This document shows positions 23,481 to 32,640 of a DNA stretch of 64,000 nt, piece after piece. Made by a program: the position numbers and the translations under genes. The DNA is from Thermoanaerobaculia bacterium (lineage in GTDB: Bacteria > Acidobacteriota > Thermoanaerobaculia > UBA5066), in assembly GCA_963816185.1 (NCBI GenBank), contig CAWFJJ010000024.1, positions 224,001 to 288,000 on the forward strand, given 5' to 3'. Position 1 is the first letter of the stretch, and every line of letters starts with the position of its first letter. The notes beneath the pieces were generated by a model. It had not been told where the DNA came from and made no database searches. It saw only the letters and a program-made list of their open reading frames with translations.

Positions 23481-24136
23481 GCAGCAACGCGCCGACCAAT
23501 CGTCCCCCGCGCCCGAACCGTCCGGGCGGCAACCGTCCCGGCGGCCCGCCGCCTCGTCCGGCCGGCGCCCTCGGTGAGGGCCGCGCCGGAGCCGACCTCA
23601 TCGACCACGTCGTGCACATCAACCGCGTGACGAAGGTCGTCAAGGGCGGCAAGAACTTCTCGTTCTCGGCCCTCGTCGTCGTGGGCGACGGGCACGGCCG
23701 CGTCGGCTACGGCGCCGGCAAGGCGAAGGAAGTCCCGATGGCCATCAAGAAGGGGATCGAGATGGCCAAGAAGAAGATGATCAGCGTCCCGCTGAAGGGC
23801 AAGACGATCCCGCACCCCATCGTCGGCCACTACGGCGCGGGCCGCGTCATGCTCAAGCCGGCGTCCGAGGGCACGGGCGTCATCGCGGGCGGAGCCGTCC
23901 GCGCCGTGCTCGAGTCGGCGGGCGTCCAGAACATCCTCACGAAGTCGCTCGGCACGACGAACCCGCACAACGTCGTCAAGGCCACGTTCGACGCGCTCCA
24001 GCACCTGCAGCTCGAGGCGACGATCGCGAAGGCCCGCGGCGTGGGCAACGGCGAAGCGAAGGCGGAGGCGGTCCCGGCAGCACCGGTCGCGCCTGCGCCG
24101 GTTGCGGTTCCGGAGACCACGGAGAAGATCGGATGA
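23477..24136 (+). CDS. rpsE: 30S ribosomal protein S5 (TTG start, Pro/Gly-rich N-terminal extension)
   Basis: [23 protein letters not shown]; exact start uncertain. Confidence 0.96.
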   Translation: MSSNAPTNRPPRPNRPGGNRPGGPPPRPAGALGEGRAGADLIDHVVHINRVTKVVKGGKNFSFSALVVVGDGHGRVGYGAGKAKEVPMAIKKGIEMAKKKMISVPLKGKTIPHPIVGHYGAGRVMLKPASEGTGVIAGGAVRAVLESAGVQNILTKSLGTTNPHNVVKATFDALQHLQLEATIAKARGVGNGEAKAEAVPAAPVAPAPVAVPETTEKIG

Positions 24137-24531
24137 GCGAGACGGACAAGACCGAGAAGATCGAGACCGAGAAGAAGAGGATTTCTTCGAAGGTGAATGC
24201 CCCGGCGCAGGCCGCTGCGGCGGAGCCGCGCGGCGCAGCCGAAGCGGGCGAGCAGGCAGCGCGCGCGCTTTCTAAGAATTCTTCCCCGGCCGCGTCAGCG
24301 GCCGTGCCGAAACCCCCGGCCGCCGCGAAGGCGGCGGCTCCGAAGCAGATCCGTATTCGCCAGATCAAGTCGGGCATCTGCGCGCCCGTCGATCAGAAGC
24401 AGACGCTCCTCGGGCTCGGCCTCCAGCGCATCCGGCACGAGGTCCTTCGCCCCGACACCCCGACGGTCCGGGGCCAGGTCCACAAAGTCCGCCACCTCGT
24501 CGAAATCGTCGAGGGTGGCGCGGCGAGGTAA
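24133..24531 (+). CDS. rpmD: 50S ribosomal protein L30 with about 70-aa N-terminal extension
   Basis: [10 protein letters not shown]...[10 protein letters not shown]...[16 protein letters not shown]; between rpsE and rplO. Confidence 0.92.
   Translation: MSETDKTEKIETEKKRISSKVNAPAQAAAAEPRGAAEAGEQAARALSKNSSPAASAAVPKPPAAAKAAAPKQIRIRQIKSGICAPVDQKQTLLGLGLQRIRHEVLRPDTPTVRGQVHKVRHLVEIVEGGAAR
24177..24286. repeat. Inverted pair of the TTC-N3-GAA motif inside the rpmD extension
   Basis: GAGGATTTCTTCGAAGGTGAATG (core 24183) and CTTTCTAAGAATTCTTC (core 24270). Confidence 0.8.
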
Positions 24532-24534
24532 CGC

Positions 24535-24988
24535 ATGTCGCACGGACTCCACAACCTCGGGCCCCGCAAGGGCGCGACGTCCTCGAAGAAGCGCATCGGC
24601 CGCGGCCCCGGGCTCCGGCCTCGGCAAGACGTCGGGCAAGGGCCATAAGGGCCAGAACTCCCGCAGCGGGTATTCGCACCTGCGCGGCCACGAAGGCGGC
24701 CAGATGCCGCTTCACCGCCGCATGCCGAAGCGCGGATTCACGAACATCTTCCGCAAGGAGTGGTCGACGGTCAGCGTCGAGGCCCTGGAGCGCATGTTCA
24801 AGGCCGGCGACGCCGTGACGCTCGAAGCTCTCAAGAACGCCGGCGTCAAGAAGACGAGCCAGGGCGTGAAGGTCCTCGGTTCGGGCGAGCTCAAGAAGGC
24901 GCTCGTCGTCTCCGCGCACCATTTCACGGAGGGGGCGAAGAAGAAGATCGAAGCCGCAGGCGGCCGTTGCGAGGTCGTGGCCCGGTAA
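24535..24988 (+). CDS. rplO: 50S ribosomal protein L15; apparent +1 frameshift near 24608
   Basis: ATG 24535 [25 protein letters not shown] in one frame, [15 protein letters not shown]...EGGQMPL in the next. Confidence 0.93.
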
Positions 24989-26394
24989 TGCAGATCTTCG
25001 AGTCGTTCCGCAACATCTTCGCGATCCCGGACCTGAGGAAGCGCTTGCTTTTCACGTTCGGGCTGCTCGGGGTCTACCGGATCGGTTCGCACATCCCGAC
25101 GCCCGGCCTGGATGCGTCCGCCCTTGAGGAGTTCTTCAAGGCGAGCGCCGGAGGCCTGCTCGGGTTCCTCGACGTCTTCTCGGGCGGCGCGCTGAGGCGC
25201 CTCTCGGTCTTCGCGCTCGGCATCACGCCCTACATCACGGCGTCGATCATCCTGCAGCTCCTGACCGTCGTCTGGCCCTACCTCGAGAAGCTCTCGAAGG
25301 AAGGGGAGATGGGCCGCCGGAAGATCACGCAGTTCACGCGCTACGGCACGGTCGTCCTGTCGATCGTCCAGGGCGCCGGAATCGCGCTTTGGCTCTGGAG
25401 CCAGACGACGCCGAGCGGCCGCAACCTCGCGCTGAGGGATCCGGGGTCCGACGCCGGCAAGCTCTCGTTCGTCCTCCTCGCGGTCCTGACCCTCACGACC
25501 GGCACGGCGTTCGTCATGTGGCTCGGCGAGCAGATCACGGATCGAGGAGTCGGCAACGGGATCTCGCTCATCATTTTCGCAGGCATCGTCGCGGGCTTCC
25601 CGACGGCCGTCATCAACTCGATCCAGCAGGTTCAGCGCGGCGGCATGTCGCTGTTCACCGGGATCATCCTCCTCGCGTTCATGATCGGCGTCGTCGCGGC
25701 GATCGTCTTCGTGGAGCGGGCCCAGCGACGGATTCCAGTGCAGTACGCGAAGCGCGTGGTCGGCCGGAAAGTCTACGGCGGGCAGAACACGTACCTGCCG
25801 CTGCGCGTGAACACCGGCGGCGTCATCCCGATCATCTTCGCGATCTCGATCATCCAGTTCCCGCAGTACATCGCCTCCGCGATCAAGAGCGATTTCATGA
25901 AGAGGATCGCCGAGCAGCTCTCCATCGGCCAGCCGCTCTACAACCTCATCTACGGGCTCGGGATCATCTTCTTCTGCTACTTCTACATCTCGATCATCTT
26001 CAACCCGAACGACACCGCCGAGAACATGCGCAAGTACGGCGGCTTCATTCCGGGCATCCGCCCGGGAAAGGCCACGTCGGATTACATCGACAACGTGCTG
26101 ACCCGCATCACGCTCATCGGCGCCGTCTACCTCGTCGTCGTCGCGCTGATTCCCGAGTTCCTCCTGATGGGCTTCAAGGTGCAGGGGCTCCCGGCCATCG
26201 GGCCCTGGCTGGACGCGCACCTCCCGGTCTTCGTGACGCAGGGCCTCGGCATCACGTTCTACTTCGGCGGCACGTCGCTCCTCATCGTCGTGGGCGTCGC
26301 GATGGACACGGTCCAGCAGGTGGAGTCGCAGCTCGTCATGCGCAACTACGACGGTTTCCTGAAGAAGGGCCGTGTTCGCGGCCGTAGGGGGTGA
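24988..26394 (+). CDS. secY: Preprotein translocase subunit SecY
   Basis: SVFALGITPYITASII, WLGEQIT.RGVGNG, FIPGIRPG, GGTSLLIVVGV. Confidence 0.99.
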   Translation: MQIFESFRNIFAIPDLRKRLLFTFGLLGVYRIGSHIPTPGLDASALEEFFKASAGGLLGFLDVFSGGALRRLSVFALGITPYITASIILQLLTVVWPYLEKLSKEGEMGRRKITQFTRYGTVVLSIVQGAGIALWLWSQTTPSGRNLALRDPGSDAGKLSFVLLAVLTLTTGTAFVMWLGEQITDRGVGNGISLIIFAGIVAGFPTAVINSIQQVQRGGMSLFTGIILLAFMIGVVAAIVFVERAQRRIPVQYAKRVVGRKVYGGQNTYLPLRVNTGGVIPIIFAISIIQFPQYIASAIKSDFMKRIAEQLSIGQPLYNLIYGLGIIFFCYFYISIIFNPNDTAENMRKYGGFIPGIRPGKATSDYIDNVLTRITLIGAVYLVVVALIPEFLLMGFKVQGLPAIGPWLDAHLPVFVTQGLGITFYFGGTSLLIVVGVAMDTVQQVESQLVMRNYDGFLKKGRVRGRRG

Positions 26395-26397
26395 GTC

Positions 26398-26985
26398 ATG
26401 CCTTCCGCCATCGTCTTCTTCGGCCCTCCCGGCTCGGGAAAGGGAACTCAGGCGTCGCGGCTCGCGGCCTCTGCCGGCATCCCACAGATCTCGACAGGCG
26501 ACCTCCTTCGCAGCCACGTGGCCCGGGGAACGGCGCTCGGCGCGATCGCGAAGCCCATCATGGAGTCGGGCGCGCTCGTGCCGGACGATCTCGTGACGCG
26601 CATGCTGAAGGAACGCCTCGCCGGGCCCGACGCGAAGGAGGGAGCGATCTTCGACGGATACCCGCGCACGGTCGCTCAGGCGCGTTCCCTGGAGACGCTC
26701 CTGAAGGAGACCGGGGGCCGCGTCGACGCGGTGCTCTTCATCGACGTGCCGGACGAGATCCTCGTCGACCGCCTGCTCAAACGCGCGACGCTCGAAGGCC
26801 GCGCGGACGACACGAAAGAGACGATCACCGAGCGTCTCCGCGTCTACCGCGAGAAGACCGCGCCCCTCGCCGACCTCTACGCGAAGGCCGGTGTTCTCGT
26901 TGCGATCGACGGGGACCGCCCCATCGAGGCCGTCGCCACGGACGTGGTGTCGGCCGTGGCGCGCCGCCAGAAGGTGAAACTCTGA
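26398..26985 (+). CDS. adk: Adenylate kinase (short LID)
   Basis: GPPGSGKGTQ, ISTGDLLR, DGYPRT, GRADD. Confidence 0.97.
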   Translation: MPSAIVFFGPPGSGKGTQASRLAASAGIPQISTGDLLRSHVARGTALGAIAKPIMESGALVPDDLVTRMLKERLAGPDAKEGAIFDGYPRTVAQARSLETLLKETGGRVDAVLFIDVPDEILVDRLLKRATLEGRADDTKETITERLRVYREKTAPLADLYAKAGVLVAIDGDRPIEAVATDVVSAVARRQKVKL

Positions 26986-27800
26986 TCACCTGCAAGGGCA
27001 AGTCCGAGATCCTCAAGATGGAGCGCGCCGCGCGCATCGTGCACGAGACGCTGTCCGAGTGCGTCGCCGCGTGCCGGCCGGGCGTCGCGACCGAGGAGAT
27101 CGACCGTGTCGCGGCGGCCGGAATCGCGTCACGGGGCGGCAAGGCCGCATTCCCCGGCTACCGCGGCTACCCGAAGACGATCTGCATCTCGCTGAACGAC
27201 GAGGTCGTCCACGGGATTCCGTCGCCCAAGAGAATCCTCAAAGCGGGCGACGTCGTGGGCCTCGACCTGGGCGCCGTCGTCGAAGGCTATTTCGCGGACG
27301 CGGCGCGGACGGTCGCGCTCGCGCCCGTGGCGGAGCCGGTCCGCGAGCTGGTCGAGACGACGCACGCGGCGCTTCTCGCCGGCATCGGGGCCGTGGTGGT
27401 CGGCGGGCGCATCGGAGACGTGGGAGCGGCGGTCGAGGCCGTCGCGAAAACCCGCAAGTACGGGGTCGTGCGCGAGTTCGTGGGGCACGGCGTCGGGACC
27501 GCGCTCCACGAAGAGCCGCAGGTGCCGAATTACGGCCCGCCGGGAAAGCGCGAGATCATCCGGGAGGGCATGACGCTCGCGATCGAGCCCATGTTCAATC
27601 TCGGAGCCGCCGCCGTCACGACCGACCCCGACGGCTGGACGGTGCGCACGAAGGACGGCCGCGTGTCGGCGCACTTCGAGCACACGGTCGTCGCGACGGC
27701 TCAGGGGCCCGTCGTCCTCGGATTCGGGCGTTTCACGGCCGGCTCGGCGCAGACGGGCGCTCCCGGCTTCCACGAGTATCCGCTTCCCGTCGCGGTCTGA
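26982..27800 (+). CDS. map: Methionine aminopeptidase type I (probable CTG start)
   Basis: CISLNDEVVHGIP, GHGVG..LHEEP, IEPM, SAHFEHT; N-terminus (M)ITCKGKSEILKM overlaps the adk stop as CTGA. Confidence 0.95.
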   Translation: MITCKGKSEILKMERAARIVHETLSECVAACRPGVATEEIDRVAAAGIASRGGKAAFPGYRGYPKTICISLNDEVVHGIPSPKRILKAGDVVGLDLGAVVEGYFADAARTVALAPVAEPVRELVETTHAALLAGIGAVVVGGRIGDVGAAVEAVAKTRKYGVVREFVGHGVGTALHEEPQVPNYGPPGKREIIREGMTLAIEPMFNLGAAAVTTDPDGWTVRTKDGRVSAHFEHTVVATAQGPVVLGFGRFTAGSAQTGAPGFHEYPLPVAV

Positions 27801-27821
27801 CGGAGGCGAAGACAGAGGTTT

Positions 27822-28040
27822 ATGTCGAAGGAAGACGCCATCGAAGTGACCGCGACGGTCATCGAGCCGCTGCCGAACGCGATGTTCAAGGTCGAGCTGG
27901 AAAACAAGCATCAGGTGCTCGCGCACATCTCCGGGAAGATGCGGAAGCATTTCATCCGCATCCTGCCGGGGGACAAGGTCCTCGTCGAGCTTTCGCCGTA
28001 CGACCTGACGCGCGGCCGCATCATCTACCGGTACAAGTGA
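27822..28040 (+). CDS. infA: Translation initiation factor IF-1
   Basis: [30 protein letters not shown]. Confidence 0.99.
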   Translation: MSKEDAIEVTATVIEPLPNAMFKVELENKHQVLAHISGKMRKHFIRILPGDKVLVELSPYDLTRGRIIYRYK

Positions 28041-28053
28041 ATCGAGGTCCCGC

Positions 28054-28167
28054 ATGAAAGTCCGCACGTCCGTCAAGAAGATCTGCAGCAAGTGCAAGGT
28101 GATCCGCCGCGCCGGCGTGGTGCGGGTCATCTGCGAGAACGTCAAGCACAAACAGCGTCAGGGCTGA
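28054..28167 (+). CDS. rpmJ: 50S ribosomal protein L36 (not in ORF track, 37 aa)
   Basis: Manual translation [37 protein letters not shown]. Confidence 0.98.
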   Translation: MKVRTSVKKICSKCKVIRRAGVVRVICENVKHKQRQG

Positions 28168-28180
28168 GAGGAAATCCAGA

Positions 28181-28564
28181 ATGGCACGTATCGCAGGCGT
28201 CGACCTTCCCCCGAACAAGCGCGTCGAGATCGGTCTGACCTACATCTTCGGGATCGGGCGTCCCAGCTCCGGCAAGATCCTGGAGACGGCGAAGATCGAC
28301 CGGAACACGCGCGTCAAGGACCTCTCCGAAGACGAAGTGTCCCGGATCCGCAAGACGATCCAGGACCAGTACGAGGTCGAGGGCGATCTTCGCAAGGAGA
28401 CCTCCCAGAACATCAAACGCCTCATGGAGATCGGCTGCTATCGCGGCGTGCGACACCGCCGGAACCTGCCGGTCCGGGGCCAGCGCACCCACACGAACGC
28501 CCGCACGCGGAAGGGTCCCCGCAAGGGCGCCGTGGCCGGGAAGAAGAAGGCGACGAAGAAGTAG
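28181..28564 (+). CDS. rpsM: 30S ribosomal protein S13
   Basis: [36 protein letters not shown]. Confidence 0.99.
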   Translation: MARIAGVDLPPNKRVEIGLTYIFGIGRPSSGKILETAKIDRNTRVKDLSEDEVSRIRKTIQDQYEVEGDLRKETSQNIKRLMEIGCYRGVRHRRNLPVRGQRTHTNARTRKGPRKGAVAGKKKATKK

Positions 28565-28587
28565 GGGCACCAAGAAGGAAATAAGAC

Positions 28588-29031
28588 ATGGCGACACCCA
28601 CAGAAAAGGCGGCCGCACCCACGACGACGGGCAAACCCGTCGCCGCAAAGGGCAAGAAAAAAGGCCCCAAGAAGGAAAAGAAGAACATCCCGCACGCGCT
28701 CGCGACGGTGCAGGCGTCCTTCAACAATACGATCGTCTCGATCACGGACCAGCAGGGGAACGTGCTCGCGTGGTCGTCGGCCGGGCGCATCGGCTTCAAG
28801 GGCTCGCGAAAGGGCACGCCCTTCGCCGCGCAGCTCGCCGCCGGCAATGCCGCGCAGATCGCGCAGGAGCACGGCGTGCGCTCGCTCGACGTCCGCGTGA
28901 ACGGCCCGGGAGCCGGCCGCGAGAGCGCGATTCGCGCCCTCGCGGCCGCGGGCATCGACATCCGTTCCATCCGGGATGCGACGCCCATCCCCCACAACGG
29001 CTGCCGGCCGCGTAAGCGCAGGAGGGTCTGA
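28588..29031 (+). CDS. rpsK: 30S ribosomal protein S11
   Basis: [35 protein letters not shown]. Confidence 0.99.
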   Translation: MATPTEKAAAPTTTGKPVAAKGKKKGPKKEKKNIPHALATVQASFNNTIVSITDQQGNVLAWSSAGRIGFKGSRKGTPFAAQLAAGNAAQIAQEHGVRSLDVRVNGPGAGRESAIRALAAAGIDIRSIRDATPIPHNGCRPRKRRRV

Positions 29032-29033
29032 CC

Positions 29034-29660
29034 GTGGCTCGATATCGCGAATCCGTCTGCCGGCTGTGCCGGCGCGAAGGCATGAAGCTGTTCCTGAAGG
29101 GGGACCGCTGCTTCACGAACAAATGCGCCATCGAGCGCCGCAATTTTCCGCCCGGCCAGCACGGCAAACGCCGGTCCAAGATCCTCGGCTACGGCATCCA
29201 GCTCCGCGAGAAGCAGAAGCTGAAGAGGTTCTACGGAGTCCTCGAGGGCCAGTTCCGGCTGACGTTCGAGGCCGCCGAGCGCATGCGCGGCGTCACCGGC
29301 GAGAATCTCCTCTCGCTCCTCGAGCGCCGCCTCGACAACGTCGTCCACCGCCTCGGCTTCTCCGGCTCCCGCGCGCAGGCGCGCCAGCTCGTGCGCCACG
29401 GGCACGTCCGCGTGAACGGGAAGAAAGTGAACGTCCCGAGCTACGTCGTCGGAACCGGCGCCGTCGTGTCCGTCAAGGAGAAGAGCAAGACGAACCCGCT
29501 GATCGCGGGAGCGGTCGAAACGGCGAAGGGCCGCGGGATCCCCGCGTGGCTCGAGCTGAACGCGTCCGAGTTCCAGGGCAAGGTCGTCACGCTTCCGAAG
29601 CGCGAGGACGTCGCCCTGCAGGTCAACGAGAAGCTCATCGTCGAGCTTTACAGCAAGTAA
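29034..29660 (+). CDS. rpsD: 30S ribosomal protein S4 (Zn-binding type)
   Basis: [43 protein letters not shown]. Confidence 0.99.
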   Translation: MARYRESVCRLCRREGMKLFLKGDRCFTNKCAIERRNFPPGQHGKRRSKILGYGIQLREKQKLKRFYGVLEGQFRLTFEAAERMRGVTGENLLSLLERRLDNVVHRLGFSGSRAQARQLVRHGHVRVNGKKVNVPSYVVGTGAVVSVKEKSKTNPLIAGAVETAKGRGIPAWLELNASEFQGKVVTLPKREDVALQVNEKLIVELYSK

Positions 29661-29723
29661 CCGTTCGCAAAAGGAGCCCGCGCGCGCCGCTCAGCGGATA
29701 AGTCGCAGGGCCAGGAGTGACAC

Positions 29724-30695
29724 ATGTTGTGGAAGGGCTTTCAGCGTCCGAATCGCCTCGAGGTCGAGGAAGAGAAGGGAAACTACGGCCGGTTCACGGC
29801 GCAGCCGCTCGAGCGCGGCTGGGGCACGACGGTCGGGAACGCGCTTCGGCGCGTGCTCCTCTCGTCGATCGAAGGCGCCGCGGTGACCGGCGTGAAGATC
29901 GAGGGTGTCGAGCACGAGTTCACGGCCGTGCCGGGCGTCGTCGAAGACGTCACGGACATCATCCTCAATCTCAAGGGTCTCGCGATCCGTCTCCATGACG
30001 ACGGCCCGCGGGCGCTCACGCTCGACGTGAAGACGAAGGGCGCCGTGACCGCGGACGCCTTCGAGGATGACGCGCAGCTCGAGATTCTCAACCCCGACGC
30101 GCCGGTCGCGACGCTCGCCGACGGCGGCCGCCTGAGGCTCGAAGCCACGGTCAGCAAGGGCCGCGGCTACGTGCCTGCCGACCGCAACTTCGATCCCGAG
30201 GCCCCGATCGGCACGATCCCCCTCGACTCGGCCCACTCGCCGGTCCGCCGCGTGAACTACCACGTCGAGGCGGCTCGCGTCGGCCAGGCGACGGACTACG
30301 ACAAGCTCGTGATCGAAGTCTGGACGAACGGCACGATCTCGCCGCGCGACGCCGTGGGCGTGGCGGCGGTCCTCCTGCGCGAGCACCTCGCGATCTTCGT
30401 GAACGTAGAGACCGACGAGGCGGCCGCGACCGCCGGCGCCGAGATGCCGCAGAGCGAGCTCGACGCGCTTCTCGACACGAACGTCGAGGAGCTCGAGCTG
30501 TCCGTGCGCAGCGCGAACTGCCTGAAGAACGCCGGCATCCGCACGCTTCGCGAGCTCGTCCAGAAAACGGAGAAGGACATGCTCGAGACCAAGAACTTCG
30601 GGCGCAAGAGCCTGAACGAGATCAAGGACATCCTGCGCGACAAGGGCCTCGCCTTCGGCATGAAGCTCGAGTCCCCGGCCGGCGCGGGCCGCTGA
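29724..30695 (+). CDS. rpoA: RNA polymerase subunit alpha
   Basis: [42 protein letters not shown]. Confidence 0.99.
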   Translation: MLWKGFQRPNRLEVEEEKGNYGRFTAQPLERGWGTTVGNALRRVLLSSIEGAAVTGVKIEGVEHEFTAVPGVVEDVTDIILNLKGLAIRLHDDGPRALTLDVKTKGAVTADAFEDDAQLEILNPDAPVATLADGGRLRLEATVSKGRGYVPADRNFDPEAPIGTIPLDSAHSPVRRVNYHVEAARVGQATDYDKLVIEVWTNGTISPRDAVGVAAVLLREHLAIFVNVETDEAAATAGAEMPQSELDALLDTNVEELELSVRSANCLKNAGIRTLRELVQKTEKDMLETKNFGRKSLNEIKDILRDKGLAFGMKLESPAGAGR

Positions 30696-30702
30696 GGGTT
30701 CC

Positions 30703-31354
30703 ATGCAGCACAATCGAGCGGGCCGGAAGCTCGGCCGGACGACGGCGCACCGAAAGTCGCTGTTCCGGAACCAGCTTTCGTCCCTCATCACCCACGAGCG
30801 CATCCAGACGACGCTGCCGAAGGCGAAGGACCTTCGGCCGCTCATCGAGAAGATGGTCACCCTCGGGAAGCGTGGAGGCCTCCACGCGCGCCGTCTCGTT
30901 CTCAAGACGATCCCCGAGGCGCCGACCGTCAAGAAGCTCTTCGACGACATCGCGCCGCGCTTCAAGGAACGGGCCGGCGGGTACACGCGGATTCTGAAGC
31001 TGGGACGGCGCCCCGGCGACGGCGCCGAGATGGCGATCCTCGAGTTCATCGACTTCGACTGGGCTCACCGGCAGGCCGAGAAGAAGGTCGCGGCGAAGGC
31101 AGCCGAGGAGAAGAAGCAGTCGCTCCTCGAGAAGGCGAAGAAGCTCGTCTCGGGCAAGGGTGGCGAGGAAAAGGGCGAAAAAGCCGAAAAGGCCGAGAAG
31201 AAGGCCGAAGGCGCCGAACCCGAGGCCGAGAAGAAGCCCATCCCGCCCACCGAGAAGAAGAAGGGTTACACCGCGCCGAAAGGACCGAAAGGCTCCGGCC
31301 CGAAAGGCGGCGGCACGCACGGCGGTACACCCGAGGAAGGTCGGCGGGGGCTGA
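30703..31354 (+). CDS. rplQ: 50S ribosomal protein L17 with charged tail; probable +1 frameshift near 31331
   Basis: [29 protein letters not shown]; removing one C gives ...GGTPRKVGGG* at 31354, upstream of the terminator. As given, the ORF runs to 31632 through the terminator and into the opposite gene. Confidence 0.92.
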
Positions 31355-31363
31355 GACACCAGA

Positions 31364-31468
31364 GATTTCGGATTTCTTCGAATGGTTCAGAGGGCTCCGG
31401 CGCGCCGGAGCCCTTTTCTTTTCGCGGCACCTGTCCCGGCGCGCCCTATTCACCTTCTAAGAGAATCC
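31364..31468. repeat. Inverted pair of the TTC-N3-GAA motif flanking the terminator
   Basis: GGATTTCTTCGAATGG (core 31374) and GCCCTATTCACCTTCTAAGAGAATC (core 31455). Confidence 0.8.
31391..31422 (+). terminator. Intrinsic terminator of the ribosomal protein cluster
   Basis: Palindrome AGGGCTCCGG-CGCG-CCGGAGCCCT followed by TTTCTTTT. Confidence 0.85.
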
Positions 31469-31488
31469 CCGATTCCCGGTCTCCGGTC

Positions 31489-31881
31489 CTAGCTCAGCGC
31501 CTTCTCGATCTCCTGGATGAGGACCTTCGTCGAGAAGGGCTTCGTGATGTAGCTCGCCGCCCCGAGGCGCAGGCCGAGGTCGCGCTCGGACGGAAGGGTG
31601 CGAGCCGTGAGCATCACGATCGGCAGGCGTGACGTCGCCGGATTCTCCTTGAGGATCCGGCAGACGTCGAAGCCCGTGAGGCCGGGTGTGAGAGAGACGT
31701 CGAGGAGGACGAGGTCCGGGGACTCCTCGCGCACGAGGCGTAAGGCCTCCTCGCCGCCCGTCGCTTCGATGGGCTGAAGTCCCGTGAGGCGCAGCTTGAA
31801 CGAGAGGATCTTCAGGATCGTGGGCTCATCGTCCACGACGAGAATCTTACGGCCCGCGAGGCCGGGCGGAAGGCTGCTCAC
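31489..31881 (-). CDS. Single-domain response regulator (REC)
   Basis: [29 protein letters not shown]. Confidence 0.92.
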   Translation of the reverse strand: MSSLPPGLAGRKILVVDDEPTILKILSFKLRLTGLQPIEATGGEEALRLVREESPDLVLLDVSLTPGLTGFDVCRILKENPATSRLPIVMLTARTLPSERDLGLRLGAASYITKPFSTKVLIQEIEKALS

Positions 31882-31893
31882 CGCGGCGTCATT

Positions 31894-32322
31894 CTAGAGC
31901 GGCGCGCCCGTGAGCACGACGACGGCGGCGGCGAGCTCCCGCGTGTGCGTGATCGTCACATGCGCTCCCGCCACGCCGAGCCGCGCACCGCAGGCGACCG
32001 CCCGTCCGAAGAGGGCGAGGCGGGGCGGCCCTCCCGGCGCGCGAACGATCGCGAGCTCCCGAAAGAAGACGCCGTACATTCCGGTGCCGAGCGCCTTCAT
32101 GGCCGCTTCCTTCGCGGCGAACAGGCCGGCGACGTGCTCCGCGTAGGCGGGGGATTCCGGCGACCGGCGCACTTCACCGGGCCGGAACAGTTTCTCGACG
32201 AAACGCGCGCCATGGCGGTCGATGGCACGCGCCACGCGCGGGACCTCGCACAAGTCCACGCCGACTCCGACGACGACGGAGCCGGCCGGCAGGCCGTCCT
32301 CGGCCGTGACGCGTGGGCTCAC
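31894..32322 (-). CDS. acpS: Holo-[acyl-carrier-protein] synthase
   Basis: GVGVDLCEV, AGLFAAKEAAMKALGTG, HVTITH; GTG 32322 overlaps the upstream stop (GTGA). Confidence 0.92.
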   Translation of the reverse strand: MSPRVTAEDGLPAGSVVVGVGVDLCEVPRVARAIDRHGARFVEKLFRPGEVRRSPESPAYAEHVAGLFAAKEAAMKALGTGMYGVFFRELAIVRAPGGPPRLALFGRAVACGARLGVAGAHVTITHTRELAAAVVVLTGAPL

Positions 32323-32606
32323 GCGGTTTCCCGCGGGGTTGCGGGGGGCGCGTCGTCCCGCGGTTCCCGCCTCCACGCCTCGATCTCCGATGCCGCGGCC
32401 CACAGGTGCAGCAGCCCGAGGCCGAGCAGGAAGCTCCGGAAATAGGGCGACGCGAGGAAAGGACGCGTGATCTCCGGAGACCGCTCCACGACACGGACGG
32501 TCCAATACCGGCCCCACGGCGCGAGCGTGAGGAACGCTCCAGCCTCGAGGGCGTAGATGACGAAGAGAGCCCTCAGGAATCGATTGCCTCGGCGAAGATA
32601 CGCCAC
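32319..32606 (-). CDS. Small membrane protein, hypothetical
   Basis: Two hydrophobic helices; TACAAT 7 nt upstream of GTG; stop coupled to acpS. Confidence 0.7.
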   Translation of the reverse strand: MAYLRRGNRFLRALFVIYALEAGAFLTLAPWGRYWTVRVVERSPEITRPFLASPYFRSFLLGLGLLHLWAAASEIEAWRREPRDDAPPATPRETA

Positions 32607-32640
32607 GCCTTTGATTGTAGAGGGAGCGCTCGGGCGGCGT

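Noticed and set aside
31355-31632. Extended rplQ C-terminus
   Set aside because: It runs through the intrinsic terminator and overlaps the opposite-strand response regulator. A one-base correction gives a natural stop at 31354.
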